Source: Felis catus (Eukaryota). From it: a DNA stretch of 64,000 nt. This document shows, piece by piece, positions 13,341 to 26,050 of this stretch. The position numbers and the translations under genes are program-made. Within the stretch, counting starts at the first letter, position 1. Each line of letters starts with the position of its first letter. The stretch is taken from positions 20,834,001 through 20,898,000 of the forward strand of contig NC_058383.1 in the NCBI RefSeq assembly GCF_018350175.1, given 5' to 3'. Under the pieces are notes generated by a model. It saw nothing but the letters and a program-made list of their open reading frames with translations. It ran no database searches and had not been told where the DNA came from.

Positions 13341-13575
13341 ATTTATTTTATTTTTTTTTAATTTTTTTTTTCAACGTTTATTTATTTTTGGGACAGAGAG
13401 AGACAGAGCATGAACGGGGGAGGGGCAGAGAGAGAGGGAGACACAGAATCGGAAACAGGCTCCAGGCTCCGAGCCATGAGCCCAGAGCCCGACGCGGGGC
13501 TCGAACTCACGGACCGCGAGATCATGACCTGGCTGAAGTCGGACGCTTAACCGACTGCGCCACCCAGGCGCCCCC
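13341..13575 (-). mobile_element. Young felid SINEC_Fc-type SINE with TSD taagagctagaattta
   Basis: Reverse-complement SINE with flanking duplication. Confidence 0.95.
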
Positions 13576-13627
13576 TAAGAGCTAGAATTTAAATGTAATA
13601 AAGTGACATAGAAAAAGAGAGGAAAAG

Positions 13628-13800
13628 GGTGCCTGGGTGGCTCAGTCAGTTGAGTGCCTGACTTTTGGTTTCGGTTCAGGCCAGCGCCTCATCATCCTGG
13701 GATTCTTTCCCTCTCTCTGTCTGCCCCTTCCCCACTGGCGTTCTGTCTCTGTCTCTCCCAAATAAATAAAAAACTTAAAAAAATAATAAAAAAGGAAAAG
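13628..13800 (+). mobile_element. Can-SINE, internally shortened
   Basis: Head and tail present. Confidence 0.8.
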
Positions 13801-14029
13801 AGATGAGAAATCCACTTATTTTCAGGGTGAGGAATTTCCAGAAGGGTTTCATTAGAGGAGGGAATATCTGAACATCATCCCAAAGGCTGAGCAGAAATTG
13901 TCAAAGCAGTCAAGATGCGGGGATTTTTCAGCCCACACAGAATTTTCACATTTCTGATGCCACAAGTAACACGTTTTTTTTTTTTTTTTAAAAATTATAT
14001 GCTCATTACAAGACATGCTTCTGGAAGAA

Positions 14030-16435
14030 AGTAACTCAAAAAGATTGAAAATAAAATAAAAAGACAAAATGTCAGTCAACTGTGGAACAAAAAGAACATG
14101 GAATTAGTAGTTTGAATGTCAGGGGAAAATAAAACAGAATTAAAGGTGACAGCTATCATAAGGGACAGAGAAGAATATTTTATTAATAAAAGATGATCAA
14201 TTAAGCAACTATAAAAGTCATGAAATGTTATGCACCAGTTATCAGAACTTCAAAATAAATACGTATACCAACATCTTTCTGAATTCCAAGGAGACAGTAA
14301 CACATTTCCGGCTCAGATATTCATGGATCAAAGGAAAATACAGAAAGGATTTCCATGATGATAATGAGCAAATCTGAGTAAACAGGGATATGTGCTCATA
14401 TACACTTCTATGTATGTAAATATTCAGGTATTCACTTTACATATACTGTGCACCTGGAGGACATACATCCTTTGAAAATAAATTTATCAAAGGGGCGCCT
14501 GGGTGGCTCAGTCGGTTAAGTGTCCGACTTCTGCTCAGGCGATGATCTCGCGGTTTGTGAGTTCAAGCCCCGCGTCAAGCTCTGTGCTGACGGCTCAGAG
14601 CCTGGAGCCTGCTTCCGACTCTGTGTCTCCCTCTCTCTCTGCCCCTCCCCAACTTGTGCTCTGTCTCTCTCTGTCTCTCAAAAATAAATAAATGTTTAAA
14701 AAAATGAGAAAATTAATTTACCAATGGGGCGCCTGGGTGGCTCAGTGGGTTGAGCTCCCAAGTCTTGATTTCAGCTCAGGTCATGATCCCAGGGTCCCTG
14801 TGCATGGAGCCTGCTTCAGATTATCTCTCTCTCTCTTCCTCTGCCCCTCTCCCCTGCTCATGCTCTCTCTCTCTCTCTAAAATAAGTAACAATAAATAAA
14901 TAACCTGACCAAAAAAAATCAATGTTTTTAACAGACCATTAAAAAAAAAAAATCTCAAGTTCAAAAAAAAGACAAAATTCCAAAGTGTGCATGGAGGAAT
15001 TAATGTGGTAAACTTAGAAATTATTAACAAATAGATGGCCAAAAAGCAAGACTAAGTAACAGCATCACTAAAACTACCCATCTTTAGATTTAAAACTGTG
15101 TTCTAAGTAACTCTGGGATTAAACAGAAATTCGAAACGGAAATAATGACCTGTTTAGAAATGAACTAGAATGCTACATATCTAAATTATGGAATGTCATA
15201 GCAGTCTCCTAAAGAAAACTTACAACTTCAAATGCTCGTATTAGAAAACAAGGAAGATTGAAAATAAATGAGCTAAACATTCAACTCAGAAAGCTGGAAA
15301 AGAACCACCAAAACAACAATAAAAAAAAAAACTGAAGAAACTGAAAAGAAGGAATGATAAAGATAAAAGCAGGAATAAATGAAATAGAAAACAAAAGAAA
15401 AATACGAGACTGCAGCAATAAAACCAAAAGCTAGCTCTGTAAAAAGAACAATAAAATAAACTTCCCGCAAAACCAATCCGGGAACAGAGTACAAATAACC
15501 ATTTTAAGAATGATAAACAGCGTGTAGCTACGAACGAAAGGGAGCTTTGTACTATATACAAATGTGTATCAATAAATCTGAAAACTTACATTAAATAGGC
15601 TATTACTAAGGATTTTTAACTCACCAAACTCAATTCAAAAAGGGTTTTAAAAAAGCAAAGAGAAATTAAAAAAAAAAAAGTTAGCAAAGAATGAAACCCT
15701 CCCCAATCTGCAGACCCAGATAGTTTTTATGGGTGAGTTCAACCAACATTCTCATAACAAATAGCCTTGTATTTTGTCCTGATTACTTGAGGACACTGGG
15801 AAAGATAGAAAACTTCCCAATTCATTCTCAAAGACGAACATGAAAGTGATAGAAAAAACAGACTGTATTTTACCAGAAACAAAGGCCCTCAAGAGAACAC
15901 ACTAATTTAATCCATAAAAAGGAATGCCCAAAATTACAACAAATGACAGTGATCTCCATCTAGCAGCATCTACGCCAACAAGACAAGTAGAATTTCCTCA
16001 GGAATGCTATGATGGTTCATCATTAGGATTTCTGAAATGAACCATCTTCCTGAAATTAAGGAGAAACCCTACATGACCACCTCAATACAGACTAATAATT
16101 TAAATAAATACATACCTAAATTCCCAAGAAAAACCCACAGCAAGCTAGAAAGAGATTTTATTTCATCAGATAAAAAGCATCTAGAAGAAATCTATTACAA
16201 ACCTAACACTTTGGAGGGAAACATTTATAGACATTCCAATTAAAATAAAGGACTAAATTTAAAAGTTTACTATCATTGTTATGACTCAAAATTGGGTGGG
16301 ATACTGTCCACCTTGCATGGAGTCAAAAAGAACAAAAACAAAAACAAACAAAACAAAATCCTAGGAGTTAGAAGGATCAAGAAAACCACAAATTGTCATT
16401 ACTCGCACGTGTTTTAATTCCAGACCTAAAAACAA
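14030..16435 (+). mobile_element. Old L1 ORF2 (endonuclease to RT region) fragments
   Basis: aaaagatgatcaatt, atgcaccagttatcagaacttcaaaata, ccagatagtttttatgggtgagttc, caggaatgctatgatggttc motifs. Confidence 0.7.
14491..14900 (+). mobile_element. Two tandem Can-SINEs (14491-14705, 14726-14900)
   Basis: Heads, (CT)n, tails. Confidence 0.92.
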
Positions 16436-17167
16436 AAACCTCTAAGAACCACAAGATATTAATGAAAGAAACTGAAGACATACAAACAAATGGAAAGGTA
16501 TCCCATGTTCATGAAATGAAAATTTAGTATTGTTAAAATGGCCATACTACCCAAATCCACTACAGACTCAGTACAATCATCAAAATTCTATTGGCATTTT
16601 TCACAGAAAAAAAAAACAAATGCCTATGGAACCACAAAAGACCCTGAATAGCCAAAGCAATCTTAAGAAAGAACAGAGCTGGAATCATCGGGCTTCCTGA
16701 TTTGAAGCTACACTGCAAAATTAAACAGCTGAGTTTGTACAGAGAATGGACTGGTGGTTGCCAGGGGCTAGGGAGTGAGGAAAACGAGATGTTGGTTTGA
16801 GACCAATCTTCCAGTTATAAGAGGAATGGAGTCTGGGCATCTATTGTACAGCATGGTGACTATGATTGTCTTGTATACTTGGAAGTTGCTAAGAAGGTTA
16901 AATTCCCAATGATCTCACCATAACAACATATTAATATTGTGAGGTGAAGGATGTTTTAACTAACCTTACAGTGGTAAAGATTCTGCAATATATACATGTG
17001 TAAAATGATCACACTGTATACCTTGAACTTACAGAATGCCAATTATACCTCAACAAGGCTAGGGAGAAAATATATCATAAAGCAATAAATAAAAAGAAAG
17101 TAAAAAAAAAAAAAAGATCCTATTCACAGTAGCAACAAAACAAATAGGAATAAACCTAACCAAAGCT

Positions 17168-17378
17168 GGGGTGCCTGGGTGGCTCAGTTGGTTAAATATT
17201 CATCCGACTTTGGCTTAGGTCATGATCTCACGATTCATGGGTTCGAGCCCCATGTCGGGCACTGTGCTGACAGCTCAGAGCCTGGAGCCTGCTTCGGATT
17301 CTGTGTCTCCTTCTCTCTTTGCCCCTCCCCCACTCGCACTATCTCTCAAAAATAAATACATGTTCAAAAAAAAAAAAA
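17168..17378 (+). mobile_element. Can-SINE
   Basis: Head and tail, inside L1. Confidence 0.92.
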
Positions 17379-18203
17379 GCTAACCGAAGTAATGAAAGAT
17401 TTGTACACTGAAAATCTCATAAACACTGACAGAGGAAATTAAAGACACAGATAAGTGAAAAGACACCCCATGTTCATGTCCTGAAGAATTTATATTGTTA
17501 AAAATGTCCATACCACCCAAAGTGATCTACAGATTCAATGCAATCATTCATACGGAGCTATAAAAGACCCCAAGTAGCAATCTTGAGCAAGAAAATCAAA
17601 GCTGGTGGTATCACATTTCTTGATTTCAAAATACATTAGAAAGCTACAATGCTCAAAACTGTACAATCAAGACACATGAACCAAAAGAACCGAATCAAGA
17701 ACCCAGAACTAAATGCACACATCTGCTGTCCAGTGATCTCTGACAAGGATGCCAGGAACACACAGTGGGGACAGGATGGTCTTTTCAGTAAATGGTCCTG
17801 GGAAAACTGGACATCCACGTGCAAAAGAATGGAACTGGACCCTGATCTCACACCATATACACAGATCAACTTAAAATAGGTTAAAGACTCAGAGGGAAGA
17901 CTTGACACAAAAGTACTAAAAGAAAAGTTAGGAAAGATGGTCTTGACGCTGATCTAGGCAATGATTTCTTGAATGGGACACCAAAAGCACAGGCAACAAA
18001 AGCAAACAAAGGCAAATGAGACCTCCAAACTAAACCGCACAGGGAAGAAAACAATCCACAGTCAAAAGACAGCCTATGGAACGACAGAAAATATTTTTAA
18101 ACTATGTATCTGACAAAGGGTTAGTGTCCAAAATATATGAGGAGCTCACACAACTCAATAGCAAACAAACAAAAAAAAAACCCTAATAACCTGATTTAAA
18201 AAA

Positions 18204-18416
18204 AATTTTTTTTAACATTTTATTTATTTTTGGGACAGAGAGAGACAGAGCATGAACGGGGGAGGGCAGAGAGAGAGGGAGACACAGAATCGGAAGCAGG
18301 CTCCAGGCTCTGAGCCATCACCCCAGAGCCCAACGTGGGGCTCGAACTCCCGGACCGCGAGATCATGACCTGAGCTGAAGTCGGACGCTTAACCGACTGA
18401 GCCACCCAGGCGCCCC
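18204..18416 (-). mobile_element. Can-SINE
   Basis: Reverse-complement SINE inside L1. Confidence 0.93.
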
Positions 18417-19803
18417 ATCCTGATTTTAAAAAAGGGGCAAAGAACTTGAATAGACGTTTCTTAAAAGAAGTAAAGGAAGGCATACAAATGGCCAAGAGCT
18501 GTATGAAAATCCTTGGTTATCACTAATCACCAGTGAAAAGCAAACCAACCAAGGGATGGCTGTCAACAAAGAGACAAAAGATAGCAAGTGCTGGTGAGCA
18601 TGTGGAGGAAGGAGAACTCTCGTACACATCTGGTGGGATTATAAAATGGCGCAGCCATTATGGAAGACAAGATGGAGGTTCCTCAAAAAATTAAAAAATG
18701 AACCGCCGTAGGATCCAGCAATCCCACTTCTGGGTACATATCAAAGAAAATGAAATCAGTATCTTCAAGAGATATCTGCATGCCCATATTCACTGCATTC
18801 ATAATAGCCAAGATATGAAAATAATTTAAATATCCATAGAAAGATGAACAGATAAAGGAAGTGTGGTATTATGTCGATATTATACATATATGTTATGTAT
18901 TATAATATAAATCTGATTGTAATAAACATTATGTATCATATCCATACATAGAGCTATATGTATTACTCAGTTTGTAAAAACTGAAATCCTGCTGTTTGCA
19001 CGAACAAGATGAACACAGAAGACATTTACGCTAACTGAAATGAACCAGACCCCGAAAGACAGATACCACATGATCTCACTTATATGGACCATGGGAGAAG
19101 GAAATGAATGGGGAAATGTTAGTCAAGGGGTATGAAGTTTCAATCATGCAAGATGAATAAATTCTGAAGACCTAATGTATAACAATGTGACTCTAGTTAA
19201 CAATACTGTATTGTACGCATGGAATTTACTAAAGATAGATCGTAAGAGTTCCCACCACACACACACACACACAGACTCTAATAATAACTGTGAGGTAGTG
19301 AGGTGATGTATATGGTGATTAGTTTGATTGTGGTAATTACTTCACGATGGAAACCTGCATCAAAGCATCACATTATACACCTATCACTTATGCCTCAATA
19401 AAGCTGGGGAGACCTTTATTAATAAGAAAAATAAGCCTTCTGCCTGTTAAAGAAAAAAAAAGTAACTCACTATGTGGGGGTAGGTGGAGAAAAGAGTATT
19501 CCCATACTAGACCATAAATAAAATTAATTTCAGATTGATTTTTTTAAAACATACAAAGCAAAACGGTAAATATATTAGAACACAGAAAAAAACTTCATAA
19601 TGGAAAAAATACAAAGTAAGATCATAAATGAAATGATAGCACTTACTACCTTCAAAATATAAATGCCTGCGAGCTGGAAGATACCACAAACTGAATTGAG
19701 ACACCGTGACAAACGGGAAAAGATATCATTGAAACAGCAAGTAACACAAAGTGTTAATGGTGAAGCGGCAGGCGGTGCTGGTTCGTTAACCCAAAACTCC
19801 TGA

Positions 19804-19880
19804 TCAATTCTTCTGTCTTTTCCCATCTCCATTCCAGACATTATAAACTTCCTCGCAGATTCTGGGAAAGCTGTAGCTTT
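19804..19880 (-). CDS. Candidate exon G (to stop codon) of unidentified minus-strand gene (ESYSFPRICEEVYNVWNGDGKRQKN*)
   Basis: Strong acceptor (T)n-atcag with upstream ctgat branch-like motif; phase 1; TGA at 19804-19806. Confidence 0.4.
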
Positions 19881-20013
19881 CTGATAAAAAAAAAAAAAAA
19901 AAAGACAGATGCCATCAGCGCTATTTTCTGATCGAGAGGAAAAAGCCAAGACGCTACGGGGACCCCGGTGATGCCAACACCAAGCCACAGACCGAACGCC
20001 GACAGTCTCATAC

Positions 20014-20110
20014 CTCTAGGTTTCTCGTCGTGTAAGAAAAAATAAACTCTTATTCGTGAAAGACGCTGTCGATCCGCTTCCCTGTTCCTGGCAGGGGACG
20101 CTTCCAAATA
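20014..20110 (-). CDS. Candidate exon F of unidentified minus-strand gene (YLEASPARNREADRQRLSRIRVYFFLHDEKPR)
   Basis: Acceptor ttttatggtattgatag and donor GAG/gtatga; 97 nt; only phase 0 is open; followed by a 133-nt intron with a long poly-T tract. Confidence 0.45.
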
Positions 20111-20688
20111 CTATCAATACCATAAAAGCAGCACCAGAGGAGTCACCGAGATAGAAGACAAACAAGGCACCAAAAACCAGGCAGAGGTCAGAACAGGTCA
20201 TTTCGAGGAAAAGGAGAAACAAACAAATGTGCATGAAACTCTCAAGAATGAACTCGTAAGAAAGGGCACGTTAAACAGCGAGATGCCATTTTTCAGCTTT
20301 CAGCCACAAAGCGAGGAGCACAAGAGCCAATGTTGCCCGAGTCAGGAGCCACTAACGTTGTCAAATGCCATACCTTGGCACAGTCATTTTGGAAGTCAGT
20401 GTTCTCGGCATCATTTAATCAAAATTGTAAATGACCTTTCCCTGTGACCCAGCATTTCCACTTCTTAAGGATCTACCTTACCAAAAAAAAAAAAGTGTGC
20501 ATGACCAAAGATACATTTTCAAGGAGGATCACTGTCAGATTGTTTGTAATATCGAAAAGTGGCACTATTACATGAACATCAGTAAAGGAAGAGATAAATG
20601 AAGGATCTCAGGCAGCAATTAAAAAGAATGACAGCAACTCTATGCGCCGAGAAGAACTGCCAAGATATACTGCTTTATTTTTTAAGCT

Positions 20689-21121
20689 TTTTTTTTTTTT
20701 GAGCAAGATTGAGAGAGAGTGCACGCACAAGCAGAGGAGGGACAGAGAGAGGGGGAGACGCAGAATCCCCAGCAGGCTCCATGCTGTCAGAGCAGAGCCC
20801 AACTCGGGGCTCGATCCCACTAACCGTGAGATCATGACCTGAGCCGAAATCAAGAGTCAGACACTTAGGGGTGCCTGAGTGGCTCGGTCGGTTAAGCCTC
20901 CAACTTCGGCTCAGGTCATGGTCTCACCGTTTGTGAGTTTGAGCCCCGCGTCGGGCTCTGGGCTGACCGCTCAGAGCCTGGAGCCCGCTTCACATTCTGT
21001 GTCTCCCTCTGTCTATCCCCCCCACTGCTTGCACTCTGTCTCTTGCATTAAATAAACATTTAAAAAGATTTTTTAAAAAAAGGGTCAGACACTTAGCTGA
21101 CTGAGCCACCCAAGGCGCCCC
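20689..21121 (-). mobile_element. Can-SINE (minus) containing a nested plus-strand Can-SINE at ~20868-21080
   Basis: Inner TSD aagagtcagacactta/aagggtcagacactta. Confidence 0.9.
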
Positions 21122-21774
21122 GATATGTTGTTTTAAAATAAAATTTCAGACATACTGGCACTGAGTACACAATGTCTGGATGAATAAACACGAATGTCTA
21201 GTTGGATGAGTGAATGATCCCAAGTATCTTGAAGAAGCAACAAAACTACGGAGAACCATCTTGGAGGACGGACATCAAGTTGTCAAAAACGGATACGTAA
21301 CAGAAGAATAACGATGGACCAGGTTGGGGATGAGACCCGTTTAGAGGCTGGGAAATATTATTTAAGCCACCTGCAGATGATCTCAAGAATACCAGCATAC
21401 AGCTTAAATTGGAACAAAATACTATTTCAAGAATCCAGGATACAAACTTCAGGGGGCTGGACCAACCGGAGAGAAGCCATTCAAAACCCATTAGAATGAA
21501 GTTCAGGCAGTGTCATCACAGATCACCTTGCATCAGGCGATACAGATTCTCCAAATGATAATGCAGTCCAAGACTTGCATGATAATCAGACAATCCCGGA
21601 TGCAAAGACACAGGCGGCTGCCACACAGGTAACCAGACTCATTAATAGTCATGATTGGACGACTCAAGTTCATTACAGTTGTGAAATGTAGACGATCATT
21701 ACACAGATTCCCCCACCATGGTTATTTCCAGACTCTTGGCCAGAGAAGCCGAGTTCACTTTGGTAGCTCGTTTC

Positions 21775-22205
21775 TGAAGACGGCCTTCTACGGCCACTTC
21801 TCCCAGTGACTCATGCCTCCCAGGACGCATATCCTAATACAGCCCTCTCCTCTCAAATCTGGACCGGCCCTGGGATTGACTTCTCACCAACAGAATACTA
21901 CAGAAATGACTCAGGTCTAGCTAAGGCTACGTCACAAGGGCCTTGTAGCTTCCGTTGGGTCTTCTGAACGCCCACTCTTGGAAATTCACCGCCTCGGACC
22001 AAGCAGACTCTTGGAGACCACCATGAAAATCCCAACAGCATGTGGGGAGGCCCAGCAGAGGCGATTCCCTGCACAGCTCCCAGCTGACCACCGGCATCAA
22101 CCGCCAGACACGAGGCAAGCCTTCGGAAGCCACTATCTTACCGGACGTGCATGAGAGACGCAAATGAAAACTGCCCAGCCAGGCCAGATTAATCCGCAGG
22201 ATAGA
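21775..22205 (+). mobile_element. Old MLT1-type LTR
   Basis: ctcccagtgactcatgcctcc...caccaacagaata...ggagaccaccatg...ccagctgaccaccggcatcaaccgccagaca motifs. Confidence 0.7.
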
Positions 22206-22640
22206 TGAAGACACTAAGGCTTCAGAGAGTCAGAATGACTCGTTCAAGATCACACAGCTAGTTATCGGGGGAGCCAGCAAATTCACAAAATTACTTATTC
22301 TCTCCGGAAATACCGATAGAGCACTTGAATGATCAGGTACCTACAAAAGGACACTAAGCCCCTCACGTTCAAAATTGTTATTGGTCCCTAAAGATCCTGA
22401 TTTCTAGGACTCGGTGGGGGGGGGGGGGTAAAACCGTATTTCAATGACTTTCTCATAATGGAATCAGCAAGGCACAAACACCATCTTTTCAGGGCTAATT
22501 CAATGAACTTCCGGGGTATCTAAAACGTGCCCATCCGGGTCTCAGGTTCCAGGAATAAAAAAATGAAAAAGACACACTCCTGCCTTCAAAACCATCACAG
22601 CCCATGTAGGGAGGGAGGAAAGAGAGAAACCACAGTACGT
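22206..22640. mobile_element. MIR (~22206-22285) and L2 (~22490-22640) relics
   Basis: gaagacactaaggcttcagagag..ttcaagatcacacagctagt; aagacacactcctgccttcaaa. Confidence 0.55.
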
Positions 22641-25600
22641 ACAATAATCTAAGTCTGTATGACGTGTTTTAAAAGCAGTGTTTTAAAATCAATGCCACAC
22701 TGATTCAGTATATCAATTATCTAAATTTATTTTAACATAAACTCAGATCTTTCAGCCTGAAATTGTTAGATTCCTACATCAATACTGCAAGTATGTCACT
22801 TAACCTAGAAGAAGTGGCACATGGTGCCATATGTAGTCCTCGAACACAAGCCAAAGCTCCAAGACTCCTCGAGGGGACCTTTTCTTCAACAAAAAGCAAC
22901 CTCATCTGAGTCACTTCTCTGCCCACTGCAAAAGGGCATGCTCCGAAGCTGGACCTGCCATATGATGAAGAGTCCAAAATGTCAAGGAGCCATTGGCTTC
23001 CGTATCTGTGCCAATACATCGCAAATATGGTTCCTCATAGTGGTGGGGCTGGGCTCAGCCCCAAAGTGCCAGATGGTACTGAGTACTCAAGAATAAAGCC
23101 ATCTGCAGAACAACTCCTTCTACGGCCGTTACGATTTGTACTGATTAGAAGCTTCTATCAGAATGTGTTTAGAACTCTTATCTGTGGATAATCCTACCCT
23201 CTTCATTACAGCTCTGGGTTTCGGACTATACTTTCAGCTCTACGAACGGGAGAAACATAATGAATGAATACTCTGTGTGCCTCTCACTGGTGGAGGTCCC
23301 GATCTGCGTTACGCCACCTTCGCGGGAAACGCACAAGACTAGAGGCGATTTGGACCCACTGTCGGGAAGGCTAATCTAACGACACAAGATGTTAACGTGG
23401 GATTGACCTTGGTTTTGAATTAAATGGGACGGAATAAAATATTAGAAGAATTAAGTACTGGATTTCATTTGGCCAACTATGACCCTCTTCCTCGTCAGAC
23501 AAAAAGCCTATTTAACTACAAATGGCGTATGGATTGGGTCTAGAATCACAGGCTCACCCATGTGTAGTATTTACATGGCTGTCTGTAACAATAAAAACTC
23601 TCCATTGTTTATTTGTTCCAAGCTGTTAGGATGTATAATACCTTATAAGAGGATATTCCATGGTGATGAAATTCTTTTCTGAATCAATTTTGGTCCCAGT
23701 AGGTTGATACATTATCTCCTCACAGTGCTCAGAGCATTAAGGTACTCATAAAATGAGTTAATGACCCATTTAAAAATGCCCTTTATGGCAAAAATCACTT
23801 TTCTATTCCAGGAAGCTGACATTACATTCTCTTCATAATTATAATGTGATTATCGTCTAAGAACTATTTACATGGAGGCACTGCCTAGGCACTAGAAATT
23901 ATCTGGTGATCAACAATTTATCTGGGATTGACAGTAAAATAAAATATGAACGTTACTTCCTATTACTTATCAAAACACTCCCCAGTGGAATGGTCAAGAT
24001 ATCATGCTGCCTCCACACATCCATACTACATGAGGAAACTTCTGGATTGTGGTAGATTGTTTCTCAAGATGGTTCAAAGGAATCCTACACCAATCTCAAG
24101 CTTCTATTGCCATAACCAAAGCTCTCTGCCCACTATTTGCAACACAGGGCTTCCCAGGAATGCTCTTCAGGACACTGGTGTGAAAGGGGCTTGAGGAACT
24201 CTGGACAGGAACCTAGACCTGTCTTCACCACACTCCATCAGGCTCCACTGAGTTATCCATATGAAAGAGACCTGCAGGTGATCAAGATACTTTATGTCGT
24301 TGTAAGAAGAGATCAACCAAAAAGAACATTCTGGCTTCTGTCAATCAACACACCATGGGCAGTATAACTCAACCATAACGTCCCGGACTTTAACCCAGGT
24401 TTGTAAGACAAACATCTCACGATGAAAATGACTGCTTTGGTTTCTTCTTTGCCTATAATTTCCTCCTTTAACCAAGAGTGTTTGCCTGCTTTCTTCACAC
24501 GGAACTAACTGAACCTGTCTTAACATGGAGCCCATAAGCCCAATGCCACATAAAGCTCAAAGCACCACCTGGCTTTCATGAACATGACTTTACCGATAAA
24601 ATGCGACGTTCTTCCAAGAGGGACACGACAGGGGCAGAAAATCCTGTCTAGGGTTTCCTATGATGGACACCCTAGAACCTCAGTCCACCAACTCGTCACA
24701 GACAAAAAGAAGAGTGATAGTTCGTTGACCTCTGCAGTTGCTGCAGAGGTCCCTGTATTTTATTAAACACTAGAACATAACCCAATACTCTCGTGTAAAA
24801 AGAAATCATTCAAATAACTCAAGGAGAGGTCTCCTGTGTGTTACAGATCACTGATTCAATAATAATTCTGTGTATGGGGGGGGGTTGTTTTTATTTTACC
24901 GATAACCTCTTGTAACTGCTGAGAAATTGTTCTAACAATAGAACATCCTGAAAGAATTCTTTTTAAATGAGGGAAGGGTCAAGTGGGTAATGTCCTATGC
25001 TATCTCTGAGTGAGTTTATGGCACCCTTTGTCTATCACAGAGAGGTCACTTATGGAAGGGCAGTCTTCTTTTGTGAAATTTCCTTTGTTTTCTCTATGAC
25101 GTCTTGATGCAAACAGATACTTCTTCCCGAACAGAAAACATAAATAATACATTCCACAGATACATTATCTTGGTTCCAAGAAGTTAATCTTTAAAGATCT
25201 GTTTTAAAAGGATCAATACCAAAGAGGATACAAACAGCATATTGGATTTACATGTGTCAGATGCTTTAATTTCAAAGGCTTTTTACGCAGGGTTGGTTCC
25301 TGCACTGCAGCCAGTCTTTAGGCGGCAGGGCTGGTTACTTGAGAACCTCAAAATGAGGAGGTACCTAAACATGCCAGATCCTCTTAACCAAAGGCCAAAT
25401 TTCAGTGCCAAGGCCAATTTGGTTCCATTTTATTTATGTAGAACAGTGACACCTAGTGGCAGGGAAGGCAAATCACAAGAGAGAATTCACCGGTGGTACC
25501 TCCTACCCCTCAAGGGATCCTTCATTCTTCCTTGGAATTCGTGAAAAAAGTGACCCCCCCAAAGGGCTCAAGCATTTTCTTGGCTGAGCACTGGCCTTAT

Positions 25601-25899
25601 TTTGAAGCCATCCAGGGGCTTAAAATGAAGGGCCATCTCAGCGGGCTGGACCGACTCCAGCTTCCCTGGGAAGATACAAACCCAGAGCAACGCTCAAGAC
25701 TGGGATGGTCTACGAAAAGACCACAGAAGGTGCTGGCGTTCTAAGGAGGGAGCACACAGGGCACCACAGCTCCCCAAAAGCCAACCGAGCACACTGGACA
25801 ACCACCCAAAGATTCTGGAGTAAATGGCATACCGAGGACTTTTTACCAGTAAGCAGACAGACCGTAAAAGAACTACAAATAGGAATCATCATCACAGCT

Positions 25900-26050
25900 T
25901 CATTGCTTTTCCACCATTAGACTGTGAGCTACTTGAGAGCAGAAACTATTATCTTTTCCTTTTGTGAAAACCGGCTACCTCTGTCTGACAAATGGCAGGT
26001 GCTCTGTACATGCTGAATGAACGCGAAGGAGAGTAATAAGGAGAATGAGT
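25900..26050 (+). mobile_element. L2 3' end relic
   Basis: attagactgtgagctacttgagagcag...caggtgctc...tgaatgaa. Confidence 0.65.

Larger units (their letters stand above)
16440..19420 (+). mobile_element. L1MA/MB-type fragments (ORF2 C-terminus and 3' UTRs), at least two copies
   Basis: ORF 17649-17879 (NQKNRIKNPELN..WSWENWTSTCKRMELDPDLTPYTQIN) is L1 ORF2; 3' UTR ends at ~17075 and ~19415. Confidence 0.85.
21200..25870 (+). pseudogene. Highly degraded Toll-like receptor (LRR-TM-TIR) pseudogene, subfamily unresolved; interrupted by LTR/MIR/L2 relics at ~21775-22640
   Basis: Manual three-frame translation gives colinear TLR motifs broken by stops and frameshifts. LRRs: LKLEQNTISRIQDTNFRGLDQ (21403), INYLNLF*HKLRSF (22712), HLQNNSF (23100), LELLSVDN (23169), LVLN*MGRNKILEELSTGF (23409), IFHGDEILF*INFGPSRL (23653), LRALRYS*NELMTH (23728), TLEHNPILSCKKKSFK*LKE (24767). 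LRR-CT-like: DNL/CNC (24901) and NVLCY (24989). Hydrophobic segment: AVFFCEISFVFSM (~25060). TIR-like: SDALIS (25257), HKREFTGG (25474), ILHSSLEFVKKV (25517), KHFL/AEHWPYFEA (25570), QRFWSKW (25807). Confidence 0.72.

Noticed and set aside
16440..17660. Apparent local duplication (16450-16710 vs 17390-17640)
   Set aside because: Two separate L1 copies covering the same ORF2 segment
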